A DNA stretch of 64,000 bases from positions 10,564-74,563 of the forward strand of contig DYJL01000008.1 of the NCBI GenBank assembly GCA_020723105.1, in the 5' to 3' direction. The notes beneath the pieces are model-generated. The model worked only from the letters and a program-made list of their open reading frames with translations. It had not been told where the DNA came from and made no database searches. Positions within the stretch are counted from its first letter, which is position 1; every line of letters starts with the position of its first letter. The position numbers and the translations under genes are program-made. This DNA is from Nitrospira japonica. GTDB taxonomy: Bacteria > Nitrospirota > Thermodesulfovibrionia > UBA6902. Below, piece after piece: positions 27,448-36,609 of this stretch.

Positions 27448-28200
27448 TCAGTAACTTAAGTTACAGGACTTTTCTGAGATGGATCCGGAGAGTTTTCTTT
27501 TGTCTATTTTGAAACCTTTTATATTGCTGTCAATGATGATGCCCTGTTTTTTCAGCCTTGACATGGCGCGGGAGACAACTTCCCGGACCGTTCCTGTCAT
27601 TGCGGCAATATCCTGATGGGTTACAGTAAGTACCACTGTGTTGTTATCAGGCGCTTTTTCCTCTGCTAAACGTAAAAGTGAAACCATTATTCTTTGTTCT
27701 ACGTCTTTAAATGAAAGGTCTTCTACAAGCCCCGACATGTATTTTATCCTGCTGCATAACCCGGTTATGATTTTCATGCCCATTTCACTGATGCCGGCCA
27801 TGATTAATTCCTTGAATTCCTTTACAGGTATGACAACAAGTTCGGAATCTTCAAGCGCCACAGCGCTGACAGAATATGTCTTATCGAGATAAAGCGGGGC
27901 GCAGCAGAAGTAGTCATGAACGCCCATGATTTTAATTAAAAGCTCTCTTCCCTCAGGTGAAGTCTTAAAGAGCTTTATCCGTCCTGACTTGATTACAAAA
28001 AGAAATTTTACAGAGTCAGCTTCCCGGAACAGGATATCATTTTTTGCAAACCGTTTCAGGCCGGCTTGTCCCCCGATGACGGCAAGTTCATCGTCTTTCA
28101 GTCCTGACAGACAGGGAAGTTTGCGCAGATCCTGAAATGTTTTTGAAACAGGTTTCGACATGGATGCATTAGCGTATATATTTAATGCCGTTTCTGTCAA
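27448..28200 (-). CDS. Crp/Fnr-family transcriptional regulator
   Basis: A cNMP-binding beta-roll (ILFREADSVKFLFVIKSGRIKL) is followed by a C-terminal HTH (HQDIAAMTGTVREVVSRAMSRLKKQGII). Confidence 0.8.
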   Translation of the reverse strand: MTETALNIYANASMSKPVSKTFQDLRKLPCLSGLKDDELAVIGGQAGLKRFAKNDILFREADSVKFLFVIKSGRIKLFKTSPEGRELLIKIMGVHDYFCCAPLYLDKTYSVSAVALEDSELVVIPVKEFKELIMAGISEMGMKIITGLCSRIKYMSGLVEDLSFKDVEQRIMVSLLRLAEEKAPDNNTVVLTVTHQDIAAMTGTVREVVSRAMSRLKKQGIIIDSNIKGFKIDKRKLSGSISEKSCNLSY

Positions 28201-28248
28201 CCCTCTTTCTCCTTGAAAAAGCAGGGATAAAAGAGGTTAAATACACAA

Positions 28249-28722
28249 GTGGACAACAAGGCAAAGCGGCATATCATTAAATTAGTCAGCAGGTTTCCCT
28301 CAAAAGAATCGGCTCTCCTGCCAGCGCTTGCTCTGCTTCAGAAAAAATACGGGTATATCGCCGAAGACGATTTAGTTGAGCTGTCAGAGATAATGAATCT
28401 TCCAGAGGCCCGCGTATTCAGCACGGCCAGTTTTTATTCGATGTTAAGTTTAAAAAAAACGGGCAGATACCATATACAGGTTTGCATGAATGTGGTCTGC
28501 TCTCTTCTCAATGGTGCATCCCTGCTGAGTTACATTTCAGAGAAGCTCGGCATCAGGGAGGGTGAAGTAACCCCTGACGGACTGTTCAGCCTTGCCTCTG
28601 TTGAATGTCTCGGTTCCTGCGGTTATGCCCCGGCGATCCAGATCAATATGGAACATTATGAAAATATAAGTATTGAAAAAGTGGATGGGCTAATCGAGGC
28701 GATAAAGAAAAAGGAAAGATAG
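28249..28722 (+). CDS. NuoE/FdsG/HoxE-like 2Fe-2S subunit
   Basis: GTG start. The thioredoxin-like 2Fe-2S motif C-x4-C...C-x3-C is present (QVCMNVVCS ... ECLGSCGYAP). Confidence 0.8.
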   Translation: MDNKAKRHIIKLVSRFPSKESALLPALALLQKKYGYIAEDDLVELSEIMNLPEARVFSTASFYSMLSLKKTGRYHIQVCMNVVCSLLNGASLLSYISEKLGIREGEVTPDGLFSLASVECLGSCGYAPAIQINMEHYENISIEKVDGLIEAIKKKER

Positions 28723-28723
28723 C

Positions 28724-29962
28724 TTGGAAAAAATATTATCAAGAAACATAAACGTACCTGATTCTCAATCTCTTGACGTATACATAAAACGCGGCGGATA
28801 CGACGCCCTGAAAAAAGCCCTCTCACTTCCCTCTGAAAAAGTTATTTCAATTGTTGCAGAGTCCGGACTGAGGGGCCGGGGCGGAGCGGGTTTTCCAGCA
28901 GGCATGAAATGGAAATTGCTGCCTGCAGACAGAACCGCTGCAAGATATCTCATATGCAATGCAGATGAGGGAGAGCCCGGCACTTTTAAGGACCGGCAGA
29001 TAATAGAATTGGATCCGCATCTCCTGATCGAAGGGATGACCATTGCCGCATATGCAATTGGAGCCTGCAGGGGGTTTATCTATATCAGGGGAGAATATGA
29101 CTGGATAGCCAGGGTTCTCGTCAGGGCGCTTAGAGAGGCTGAGGATAAGGGTTTCAGTGGTGTTGATATATTAAATTCAGGCCATCAGTTTTGCATAGAT
29201 GTGTTCAGAGGAGCCGGATCTTATATATGCGGAGAAGAAACAGCCCTTATTGAATCCCTCGAAGGCAAGGCCGGGAGACCGAGATTAAAACCGCCGTTTC
29301 CGGCTGCCTTTGGACTTTATGGCCAGCCGACTGTAGTGCAGAACGTTGCAACTCTTGCATCTATCCCGTTTATCATTAACATGGGACCGGATGTCTTCAA
29401 GTCTTTCGGAAAGCCCCGAAGCTACGGAACAATGCTGTTTGGCATTTGCGGGCACGTAAATAAATCCGGCGTGTATGAATATCCGATGGGTACGTCTCTC
29501 AAAAAATTAATATATGAGGTTGCGGGCGGAATCAAAGATAACAAAAAATTAAAGGCCGTTATTCCCGGAGGACTTTCAGCCCCGATACTGAAGGCAGATG
29601 AGATAGACATCGAAATGGATTTTGATTCTCTTATTGCCGCAGGTTCTATACTCGGGACCGGCGGTATTATTGTATTGGATGAGGACGTTTCCATACCCTT
29701 TGTGGCACAGAAGGCAGCCAGGTTTTTTGCCCATGAATCCTGCGGGCAGTGCACCCCCTGCCGGGAGGGGACCAGCATGCTTAAACTTCTGATAGACCGG
29801 ATAGCTGCAGCTGAGGGAAGTTTGGCAGACATTGAACAGGTACTGAGATTGTGCCGCTATATCAAAGGTTCAACCCTGTGCGCCATGGGCGACGCCGCAG
29901 CCTTCTCAGTCGGGACGATGGTGAAGAAATTCAGGGAGGAGTTTGAGGCGTTGGTGAAATGA
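28724..29962 (+). CDS. NuoF/FdsB/HoxF-like NAD(H)-binding FMN/4Fe-4S subunit
   Basis: TTG start. GRGGAGFPAGMKW matches the FMN/NADH site. C-terminal ESCGQCTPCREG is the 4Fe-4S motif. Confidence 0.85.
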   Translation: MEKILSRNINVPDSQSLDVYIKRGGYDALKKALSLPSEKVISIVAESGLRGRGGAGFPAGMKWKLLPADRTAARYLICNADEGEPGTFKDRQIIELDPHLLIEGMTIAAYAIGACRGFIYIRGEYDWIARVLVRALREAEDKGFSGVDILNSGHQFCIDVFRGAGSYICGEETALIESLEGKAGRPRLKPPFPAAFGLYGQPTVVQNVATLASIPFIINMGPDVFKSFGKPRSYGTMLFGICGHVNKSGVYEYPMGTSLKKLIYEVAGGIKDNKKLKAVIPGGLSAPILKADEIDIEMDFDSLIAAGSILGTGGIIVLDEDVSIPFVAQKAARFFAHESCGQCTPCREGTSMLKLLIDRIAAAEGSLADIEQVLRLCRYIKGSTLCAMGDAAAFSVGTMVKKFREEFEALVK

Positions 29963-29994
29963 AACATAACCAATAATAATATTTGACAGGAGAT

Positions 29995-30133
29995 CGAAAA
30001 ATAGAGATAGAGGGTTGTCATTGCGAGCAAAGCGAAGCAATCTCGTCTTTTTCAATGAGATTGCCACGAACCCTTCGGGTTCTCGCAATGACAGGTAGAA
30101 TATAGTGTTTCTCATTCTATCTCTATTTTTCGG
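29995..30133. mobile_element. MITE-like element: 17-bp terminal inverted repeats flanking a REP-family-A hairpin pair
   Basis: Left TIR is CGAAAAATAGAGATAGA (29995-30011). Right TIR CCGAAAAATAGAGATAGAA is the reverse complement at 30116-30134. The interior is GTCATTGCGAGCAAAGCGAAGCAATCTC...GAGATTGCC...CTCGCAATGAC. It produces the spurious ORF 29906-30115 (RLLRFARNDN). Confidence 0.6.
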
Positions 30134-30150
30134 AGGAGAGGTAATAAAAA

Positions 30151-30339
30151 ATGTGTGAATCCAATGTGTATATTGAAAAAGACGGTAAGGAAGAGCTCTA
30201 TCTGGAAAACGTTGACATTCTAAAACCCGGGGATGGAAAAATATTTATGAGAAATCTCTTTGGGGAACAAAAGATTTTTGAAGGCGTAATAAAAGAGATA
30301 TCCCTTATCAAGCACAAGATAGTTCTGACGAAGGGCTGA
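30151..30339 (+). CDS. CooT-family small protein (putative Ni-binding/accessory)
   Basis: It is 62 aa and begins MCESNVYI, where the conserved Cys2 matches the CooT-family N-terminal signature. It lies 11 nt upstream of the next gene. Confidence 0.5.
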   Translation: MCESNVYIEKDGKEELYLENVDILKPGDGKIFMRNLFGEQKIFEGVIKEISLIKHKIVLTKG

Positions 30340-30345
30340 CGGCGC

Positions 30346-31131
30346 ATGCAGTTCATGCGTATTATTACACAGGGCGCACATCAGGCCTTCTTTAACATGG
30401 CGCTTGATGAAGCCATATCAGAGGCTGTAAGGCAGAACCTTTCTCCTGCCACGCTGAGATTATATCAATGGGACCGGCCGTCAGTTACACTGGGATATTT
30501 TCAGAAGATATCAGAGATTAACATGCCTTACTGCATTGAAAAGGGATATCCTGTCGTAAGAAGGGCCACAGGAGGCAGGGCTATCCTGCATGATGCAGAA
30601 CTCACCTACAGCCTTTCCTCATCAAAAAACTTTCCTCTGTTTAAGGGCAGCCTGCTTGAAAATTATGCTGTCATCAGTAAGGCGCTTGTATGCGGACTGA
30701 ACCATGCAGGGATAAAGGCGCAGGTTTCTTTTACAAGGAAACGGGGCCTCAATCAAAGAAATCCTGCATGTTTTAAATCTGTTTCCTTCGGAGAGGTAAT
30801 GCTTGATGGCAGAAAAGTAATCGGCAGCGCCCAAAGACGTTATCACAATGGATTTCTACAGCAAGGCTCTGTTCTCCTGAACTTTCATCCGCGGGAATTA
30901 TGTAACGTGCTGAATGCAGGGAAGGAAGAAGATTTCAACGGGATCGGTTCAATCAGTAATACAGACAGGGAAGTGAGTTTTAATGATTTGACAGGCCCGT
31001 TAAAAGAGGCCTTTGAAAAAAAATTAAATATTAAATTGATTTCTGACAGGCCCTCTAAATTTGAACTCAGCCTTGCCGGAGAGCTTGAGGAGAAAAAATA
31101 TTCGACCCGGGAGTGGAATTTCCTGCGGTAG
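30346..31131 (+). CDS. Lipoate-protein ligase / octanoyltransferase family (LplA/LipM-like)
   Basis: The BPL_LplA_LipB catalytic motifs RRATGGRAILHD and GRKVIGSAQRR are present. Confidence 0.7.
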   Translation: MQFMRIITQGAHQAFFNMALDEAISEAVRQNLSPATLRLYQWDRPSVTLGYFQKISEINMPYCIEKGYPVVRRATGGRAILHDAELTYSLSSSKNFPLFKGSLLENYAVISKALVCGLNHAGIKAQVSFTRKRGLNQRNPACFKSVSFGEVMLDGRKVIGSAQRRYHNGFLQQGSVLLNFHPRELCNVLNAGKEEDFNGIGSISNTDREVSFNDLTGPLKEAFEKKLNIKLISDRPSKFELSLAGELEEKKYSTREWNFLR

Positions 31132-31143
31132 GTTTATTGGGTA

Positions 31144-32058
31144 CTATATATCATATGTTGCTGTATAGACAGGCGGTTTGACAGTCTTTATGTAATAAAC
31201 GATCAGCGCGCTCCAAGCCACGAGGGAGAGATAATTCTGAAAAATAATGCTTATGACAGACAGCGGGATATTGATAAAAGGCAGCATGCCAAGAGGCATT
31301 ATGCTTATGAGGAAGATAAGGTTTATTGCAATTGCGCCCATGAATATCGCCATGAAAAATAAAAAAGCCTGAGGAGTTCTCTTTAAAAAATTAAACGTAT
31401 TCTTTATAGCATCCACAGCCCCTTTCTCCTCCATGACTGCCGATAAAATAGAGTAAACCATGAACATGAGCCAGGCCAAAAAAATTATGGTGCCAAAAAT
31501 CAAGATGAACAACCTGATGAACGAACTGAAAAATGCTTCAACCGGTGTCTCGGCCCCTGAAAAGCCCTGTGTAAAACCGACGATAAGTCCTCCGGATATG
31601 ATAACGGCAGCAAATAATATAATAAAAAGGAGAAGCTGAATTGCAGTCACCCGGAACAAACAGGAGAAAGTTTTATGGGCTTCTCTGAAAAAGGAAGAAA
31701 GACTGAACCTGTACTGGATGTTGACAGCAGAATTTTTTAATACTCCAAGGGTCCCGCCGAGTGAATACAGGATTATTGTGAATACAAATATTGAATAAAT
31801 AATAAATGAAATTCCGATGAGGAAGACAAAGCCGAGATATTTTGATAAAAGGTTGAACGGATCATCCATAAAATCAGGCAGTAAATCCATAGTATGAGAC
31901 AGGTCCCATCCGAGATATGTAACAGCGGCAATCAGCGGCAGTCCCAGAAAAAAAAGAAGGCTTAGAAAATTAATTATCACTACAGCAATCCGCAGGAATA
32001 CGAGCTGATAATTCCTGTTGGCGAGGGTAAAACCTTCTTTAAGGCAGTCAATTAGCAT
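31144..32058 (-). CDS. Polytopic membrane protein, unknown function
   Basis: 304 aa with at least 6 hydrophobic helices and no recognisable motif. Confidence 0.5.
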   Translation of the reverse strand: MLIDCLKEGFTLANRNYQLVFLRIAVVIINFLSLLFFLGLPLIAAVTYLGWDLSHTMDLLPDFMDDPFNLLSKYLGFVFLIGISFIIYSIFVFTIILYSLGGTLGVLKNSAVNIQYRFSLSSFFREAHKTFSCLFRVTAIQLLLFIILFAAVIISGGLIVGFTQGFSGAETPVEAFFSSFIRLFILIFGTIIFLAWLMFMVYSILSAVMEEKGAVDAIKNTFNFLKRTPQAFLFFMAIFMGAIAINLIFLISIMPLGMLPFINIPLSVISIIFQNYLSLVAWSALIVYYIKTVKPPVYTATYDI

Positions 32059-32135
32059 AATGGTTTTTTAGTTTAGGATGACATGGTCCAAAAGTCAATT
32101 CTTGAAAAACATTCTGATTAACTATAGAATCTTAT

Positions 32136-32927
32136 TTGATGAGTATTCTTAATGAAATTATTAAAAACAAAAGGGAAGAGTTGCAGGCTGTTAAAAGTTC
32201 TGTGCCCCTCGCTGAACTGAAAGCCAGGATTAAAGATGCTGCGGCTACAAGGTCCTTCAAGGCTGCGATTAAGAGAGAGATAAACAGCCCTGTTAAACTT
32301 ATCGCCGAGCTCAAAAAAGCCTCCCCTTCAAAGGGATTGATAAGGAAGGATTTCAACCTGTCGGAGATAGTATCTGTTTACAACAGGAAGGATGTGGCTG
32401 CCATATCAGTCCTTACGGAGGAACGATTTTTTTCCGGCAAACTTGACTATCTTAACAGGGCGAGGAAGAGGACGCTGAAGCCCTTATTGCGGAAGGATTT
32501 TATCTTCGATAATTATCAGATTTATGAATCCAGGGTGCATAATGCTGACGCAGTCCTGCTTATAGTGGCAGCTCTGGAGAAAGTTCAACTCAGCGACCTT
32601 TATGAATTATCCAGGGAACTGGATCTGGACTGCCTTGTAGAAATTCACGACTGGAAAGAGCTTGATACAGCGCTGTACTGCGGGGCGGAAATAATCGGGA
32701 TAAATAACAGAGATCTGAAGACCTTGAATATAAGTTTAAGAAACACGCTGGACCTCTTAAAGGATATTCCGGATGACAGGATTGTGGTAAGTGAAAGCGG
32801 AATAGACAAGAGGTCTGATGTTGAAGCCCTTGAGGCTACAAGGACAGATGCAATGCTTATTGGTACGGCTATAATGAAGGCTGAGGATATAGGGGAAAAA
32901 ATTAATGAACTGACGGGCAAATCATAG
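32136..32927 (+). CDS. trpC: Indole-3-glycerol phosphate synthase
   Basis: TrpC motifs are present: LIAELKKASPSKG, DAVLLIVAAL, LVEIHD and IGINNRDL. Confidence 0.85.
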   Translation: MMSILNEIIKNKREELQAVKSSVPLAELKARIKDAAATRSFKAAIKREINSPVKLIAELKKASPSKGLIRKDFNLSEIVSVYNRKDVAAISVLTEERFFSGKLDYLNRARKRTLKPLLRKDFIFDNYQIYESRVHNADAVLLIVAALEKVQLSDLYELSRELDLDCLVEIHDWKELDTALYCGAEIIGINNRDLKTLNISLRNTLDLLKDIPDDRIVVSESGIDKRSDVEALEATRTDAMLIGTAIMKAEDIGEKINELTGKS

Positions 32928-32955
32928 GCGTGGATGGTCATTCCCACGAAAGTGG

Positions 32956-33046
32956 GAATCCGGAAGAAAATGGATTCTCGCCACGGCGAGTCGCTGTGGT
33001 GACCGCATCAGGTGCGGAATGACAGAGAATGGAATCATTAGAAGGA
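32956..33046. repeat. Diverged member of REP-family-A palindrome
   Basis: GTCATTCCCACGAAAGTGGGAATCC ... GGATTCTCGCC...GCGGAATGACAG is an inverted pair with an internal palindrome. Confidence 0.45.
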
Positions 33047-33053
33047 GAAACAC

Positions 33054-33935
33054 ATGAAAACTCTCATCGAAAAAGCAAATATACTTATTGAGTCTCTGCC
33101 TTTCATAAAAAAGTTTTACGGTAAAACGTTTGTTATCAAATACGGCGGGGCTGCCATGGTAGATGAGGATTTAAAACAGGCCTTTGCACAGGATGTGGTA
33201 CTCCTGAATTTTATTGGCATCAAGCCGGTCATAGTGCATGGCGGAGGGCCGAAGATAAACAAGGTTATGGAGCAAATGGGGAAAAAGCCCACATTCATTC
33301 ACGGGCAGCGTTTTACTGACAGTGAGACTATAGATATTGTAGAGATGGTGCTTGGAGGCCTTATCAACAAGCAGATTGTTTCCCTGATAAACAGGCATGG
33401 TGGACGTTCTATCGGATTGAGCGGAAAAGACGGCAACCTTATAAAGGCAAAGAAAAAGGTGATCAGAAAAGTTTTGCCTGAAACAGGAGCGCCGGAGATT
33501 ATTGATCTGGGGCTCGTAGGAGAGGTTGAAAAGGTAAACCCTCAGATCCTTTTTTCAATGGAGAGAGACGGTTTTATTCCTGTAATCGCCCCGATCAGCG
33601 CAGGGCGGAACAATGAGACGCTCAACATCAATGCAGATTATGTGGCCGGATCAGTCGCCTCAGCATTAAAGGCGGAGAAACTGATTCTGCTGACAGATGT
33701 TGAAGGAATCAAAGACAGGAAAAACAAACTGCTCCCAACATTGGATACAAAGAAAATCAAATCCCTCGTCTCAAACGGCACGATATCAGGAGGCATGCTC
33801 CCAAAAGTTCAGGCCTGCCAGAGCGCTATTGAAGGAGAAGTCAGGAAGACACATATAATAGACGGACGGGTGCCTCACGCATTACTGCTTGAGATATTTA
33901 CTGAAAAAGGAATCGGGACGGAGATAGTGAAGTAG
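33054..33935 (+). CDS. argB: Acetylglutamate kinase
   Basis: ArgB motifs are present: FVIKYGGAAM, PVIVHGGGPKI, GQRFTD and LTDVEG. Confidence 0.9.
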   Translation: MKTLIEKANILIESLPFIKKFYGKTFVIKYGGAAMVDEDLKQAFAQDVVLLNFIGIKPVIVHGGGPKINKVMEQMGKKPTFIHGQRFTDSETIDIVEMVLGGLINKQIVSLINRHGGRSIGLSGKDGNLIKAKKKVIRKVLPETGAPEIIDLGLVGEVEKVNPQILFSMERDGFIPVIAPISAGRNNETLNINADYVAGSVASALKAEKLILLTDVEGIKDRKNKLLPTLDTKKIKSLVSNGTISGGMLPKVQACQSAIEGEVRKTHIIDGRVPHALLLEIFTEKGIGTEIVK

Positions 33936-33958
33936 AGTCTGATGGAGCAAATTCCTGC

Positions 33959-34573
33959 TTAATACAGCTTCCAGTAAACCGGCACGATACTGTGTCTGTG
34001 CAATGATTCCACAAGTGCAAGCAGGCCTATAAGCCACATAAACCAGAGGGAATCAGTAAATCTTCCCCTGAGAAATCCGGGTTTTATAGTGTATTCTTCC
34101 GGTTCGCCGAAGTTCAGCAGGGAGGGAATAAACCGGGGGGTTTTTCTCCGGTAATTTTCAAAGGCCTCGTGGTGAATTCCGGCAAGACGTTTTTCTTCCC
34201 TTCTGATTACAAAGGGATAATAGAGTGCAAAGAGGATAAATATAATGAGGGGTATTGCAAATGTTTTTGTAGCCAAACCAACGCCGACAGCGCCCATCAG
34301 GCTGAAAAAATATAACGGGTTTCTGCATATTGAATAAGGGCCGGTGGTTACCAGTAAATTTTTCTTGTATCCGGAGATATACACGGAACACCACATACGT
34401 CCCACAGTTGCAATGCCTGCCAGTATTGCTCCGATTAAAAACAACACCCCGCCGACAACGCTGTTGTCCTCCCAATAACTTCCGGTGAACAGGATCACAA
34501 TCCCGAGACATAAAATAACAAACTGTCCCAGCCTTACCCGCCATTTTGCCAGAGCTTTGTTGGTTTCCATCAC
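33959..34573 (-). CDS. Isoprenylcysteine carboxyl methyltransferase/phospholipid methyltransferase-family membrane protein
   Basis: It has multiple TMs. The C-terminal motif RNPLYFFSLMG...EEKRLAGIHHEAFENY fits the ICMT/PEMT family. Confidence 0.6.
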   Translation of the reverse strand: MMETNKALAKWRVRLGQFVILCLGIVILFTGSYWEDNSVVGGVLFLIGAILAGIATVGRMWCSVYISGYKKNLLVTTGPYSICRNPLYFFSLMGAVGVGLATKTFAIPLIIFILFALYYPFVIRREEKRLAGIHHEAFENYRRKTPRFIPSLLNFGEPEEYTIKPGFLRGRFTDSLWFMWLIGLLALVESLHRHSIVPVYWKLY

Positions 34574-34611
34574 AAGTTCTCCACGTTAAATTTATTTAAG
34601 ATATGTTATCC

Positions 34612-34772
34612 GACATGGCAGCCTGTTTCAGAATTTCTATAATCGACAAACGGCATATTACATTTTTGCTTCAAGCTGTTTTTCTTATTTCTTCTTGACT
34701 ACCCCCTACTCTCTATCCCCTAATCCCTCTTCAAAGGTGTCGTATAGGAATTCTTCTACAGCCTCCCATATC
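34612..34772. repeat. Family B palindromic element, second copy (core inverted, about 90% identical)
   Basis: The sequence CGACATGGCAGCCTGTTTCAGAATTTCTATAATCGACAAACGGCATATTACATTTTTGCTTCAAGCTG...CCCCTAATCCCTCTTCAAAGGTGTCGTATAGGAATTC is the reverse complement of the 27149-27310 core. Confidence 0.65.
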
Positions 34773-34879
34773 TGCTAACTATTAGAACAGAGTTCGCTAT
34801 GAATAGTCGTGACTAAGAATATTAGTGATGAGTATAATCTTTTGTCAATAAGCAGTATTCTATTTGTTATAATCTCTCT

Positions 34880-36586
34880 ATGAATCTTTCTGAAAATGCC
34901 CTCAAAGTTTTGGAAACCCGCTATCTCCTCAGGGATGAACAGGGACATATCAAAGAGACACCGGAGGAGATGTTTCACAGGGTGGCCGAAGCTGTTGCAT
35001 CTGCTGAACTGCTTTATGGAGGAGATGTAGAGGCATGGGCGGCGAAATACTACGATGCAATGAGCAATCTGCTCTTTCTCCCCAACACCCCTACCCTGAT
35101 AAATGCAGGCAAGGAGCTCGGACAGCTTGCTGCATGTTTCGTCCTTCCTGTTGACGATTCCATGAAGAGCATCTTTGATTCTCTGAAGAATGCCGCACTT
35201 ATACTTCAGAGCGGCGGCGGCACCGGATTTTCATTTTCACATCTGAGGCCGCGGGCTGATGTAGTGAAATCAACCGGCGGCATTGCCAGCGGCCCGGTCT
35301 CATTCATGAGAATTTATAACACGGCTACGGAGGTAATAAAACAGGGCGGCGCCAGAAGAGGCGCAAACATGGGCATCCTGAGAATTGACCACCCGGATAT
35401 CCTGGAATTCATCAAAATAAAGCGGCATGAAGAAGAACTGTCAAACTTTAATATTTCAATATCTGTAACCGATGCCTTCATGCAGGCGCTGAAAAATGCT
35501 TCTGAATATAATTTGATAAATCCCCGAAGCAACCAGATTACAGGCCGTTTGAAAGCCACAGACGTTTTCAATGAAATTGTAGAAAGCGCCTGGGAAACAG
35601 GGGACCCCGGCCTTGTCTTTATTGACAGAATCAACAGGGACAATCCCACTCCGCACTTAGGCACAATTGAAAGCACCAATCCCTGCGGAGAGCAGCCCCT
35701 TTTACCTTACGAATCCTGTGTGCTGGGTTCTATTAATTTGTCAAAAGTTACAAAAGGGAGAGAGATAGATCGGGACTTGCTGAAAGACCTCGTTTATACC
35801 GGAGTCCGTTTTCTGGATAACGCTATTGATGTAAATAAATATCCTGTGCCTGAGATAGAGAAGATGCACAAGGGCAACAGGAAAATAGGCCTTGGAGTCA
35901 TGGGCTGGGCGGACCTGCTTATACAGCTTGGAATAAGATACAGCTCTTCAAAGGCGTATGAACTTGCGCGTGAGGTAATGGGTTTCATAAGAAATAATGC
36001 GAGGGCTGCATCAGCAGAGCTTGCAAAACAGAGAGGTATTTTCCCGAATTTCAGGGGTTCCATATATGATACGCCGGACTTTTCTTCAAAAGGCGGATTA
36101 CGTAATGCCACCACAACAACTATAGCTCCGACAGGCACTTTATCATTAATTGCAGACTGTTCAAGCGGCATCGAGCCGCTTTTTGCAATAGCCTACAAAA
36201 GGCTTGTTCTTGAAACAGAGCTTTATGAAATTCATCCTTATTTTATTGAAATTGCAAAACAGAGAGGATTTTATAGTCCTGAACTTATTGAACGTATCAG
36301 CAAAAAGGGCCGTCTGAGGGGCTTCAAAGAAATCCCCAACGATGTCAAAAGGATTTTCCTGACTGCGCATGAAATATCTCTGGAGGCGCATATAGAGGTT
36401 CAGGCTGCATTCCAGGAATTTACGGACAATGCTGTCTCAAAAACAATAAATCTGAAACACAATGCGGGAAGGGATGATGTGGCAAAGGCCTTCATGCTTG
36501 CATATGAAAAAGGCTGCAAGGGGATAACTGTATTCAGATATGGTTCAAAACCCGGGACCCTGGTGAAGCTGGATGAGGTGGACTGA
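34880..36586 (+). CDS. nrdJ: Adenosylcobalamin-dependent ribonucleotide reductase (class II)
   Basis: N-terminal LSENALKVLETRYLLRDEQG matches class II RNRs. The active-site region NPCGEQPLLPYESCVLGSINL is present, and the C-terminus has TVFRYGSK. Confidence 0.85.
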   Translation: MNLSENALKVLETRYLLRDEQGHIKETPEEMFHRVAEAVASAELLYGGDVEAWAAKYYDAMSNLLFLPNTPTLINAGKELGQLAACFVLPVDDSMKSIFDSLKNAALILQSGGGTGFSFSHLRPRADVVKSTGGIASGPVSFMRIYNTATEVIKQGGARRGANMGILRIDHPDILEFIKIKRHEEELSNFNISISVTDAFMQALKNASEYNLINPRSNQITGRLKATDVFNEIVESAWETGDPGLVFIDRINRDNPTPHLGTIESTNPCGEQPLLPYESCVLGSINLSKVTKGREIDRDLLKDLVYTGVRFLDNAIDVNKYPVPEIEKMHKGNRKIGLGVMGWADLLIQLGIRYSSSKAYELAREVMGFIRNNARAASAELAKQRGIFPNFRGSIYDTPDFSSKGGLRNATTTTIAPTGTLSLIADCSSGIEPLFAIAYKRLVLETELYEIHPYFIEIAKQRGFYSPELIERISKKGRLRGFKEIPNDVKRIFLTAHEISLEAHIEVQAAFQEFTDNAVSKTINLKHNAGRDDVAKAFMLAYEKGCKGITVFRYGSKPGTLVKLDEVD

Positions 36587-36609
36587 TACTTATTGCTCCA
36601 GGAAAATAT

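Noticed and set aside
29906-30115. 69-aa minus-strand ORF (…RLLRFARNDNPLSLFF…)
   Set aside because: It lies wholly within the TIR-bounded MITE at 29995-30133. This is a typical repeat-derived pseudo-protein.
30337-30360. Possible UGA-Sec read-through fusing the CooT-like ORF to the LplA-like ORF (same frame)
   Set aside because: The LplA-like protein begins with its normal N-terminal motif right after its own Met. There is no conserved Cys/Sec position and no hairpin. This is a genuine stop with a coincidental frame match.
34773-34879. Cobalamin riboswitch upstream of nrdJ
   Set aside because: The leader is AT-rich, with no B12-box-like GC-rich conserved core.
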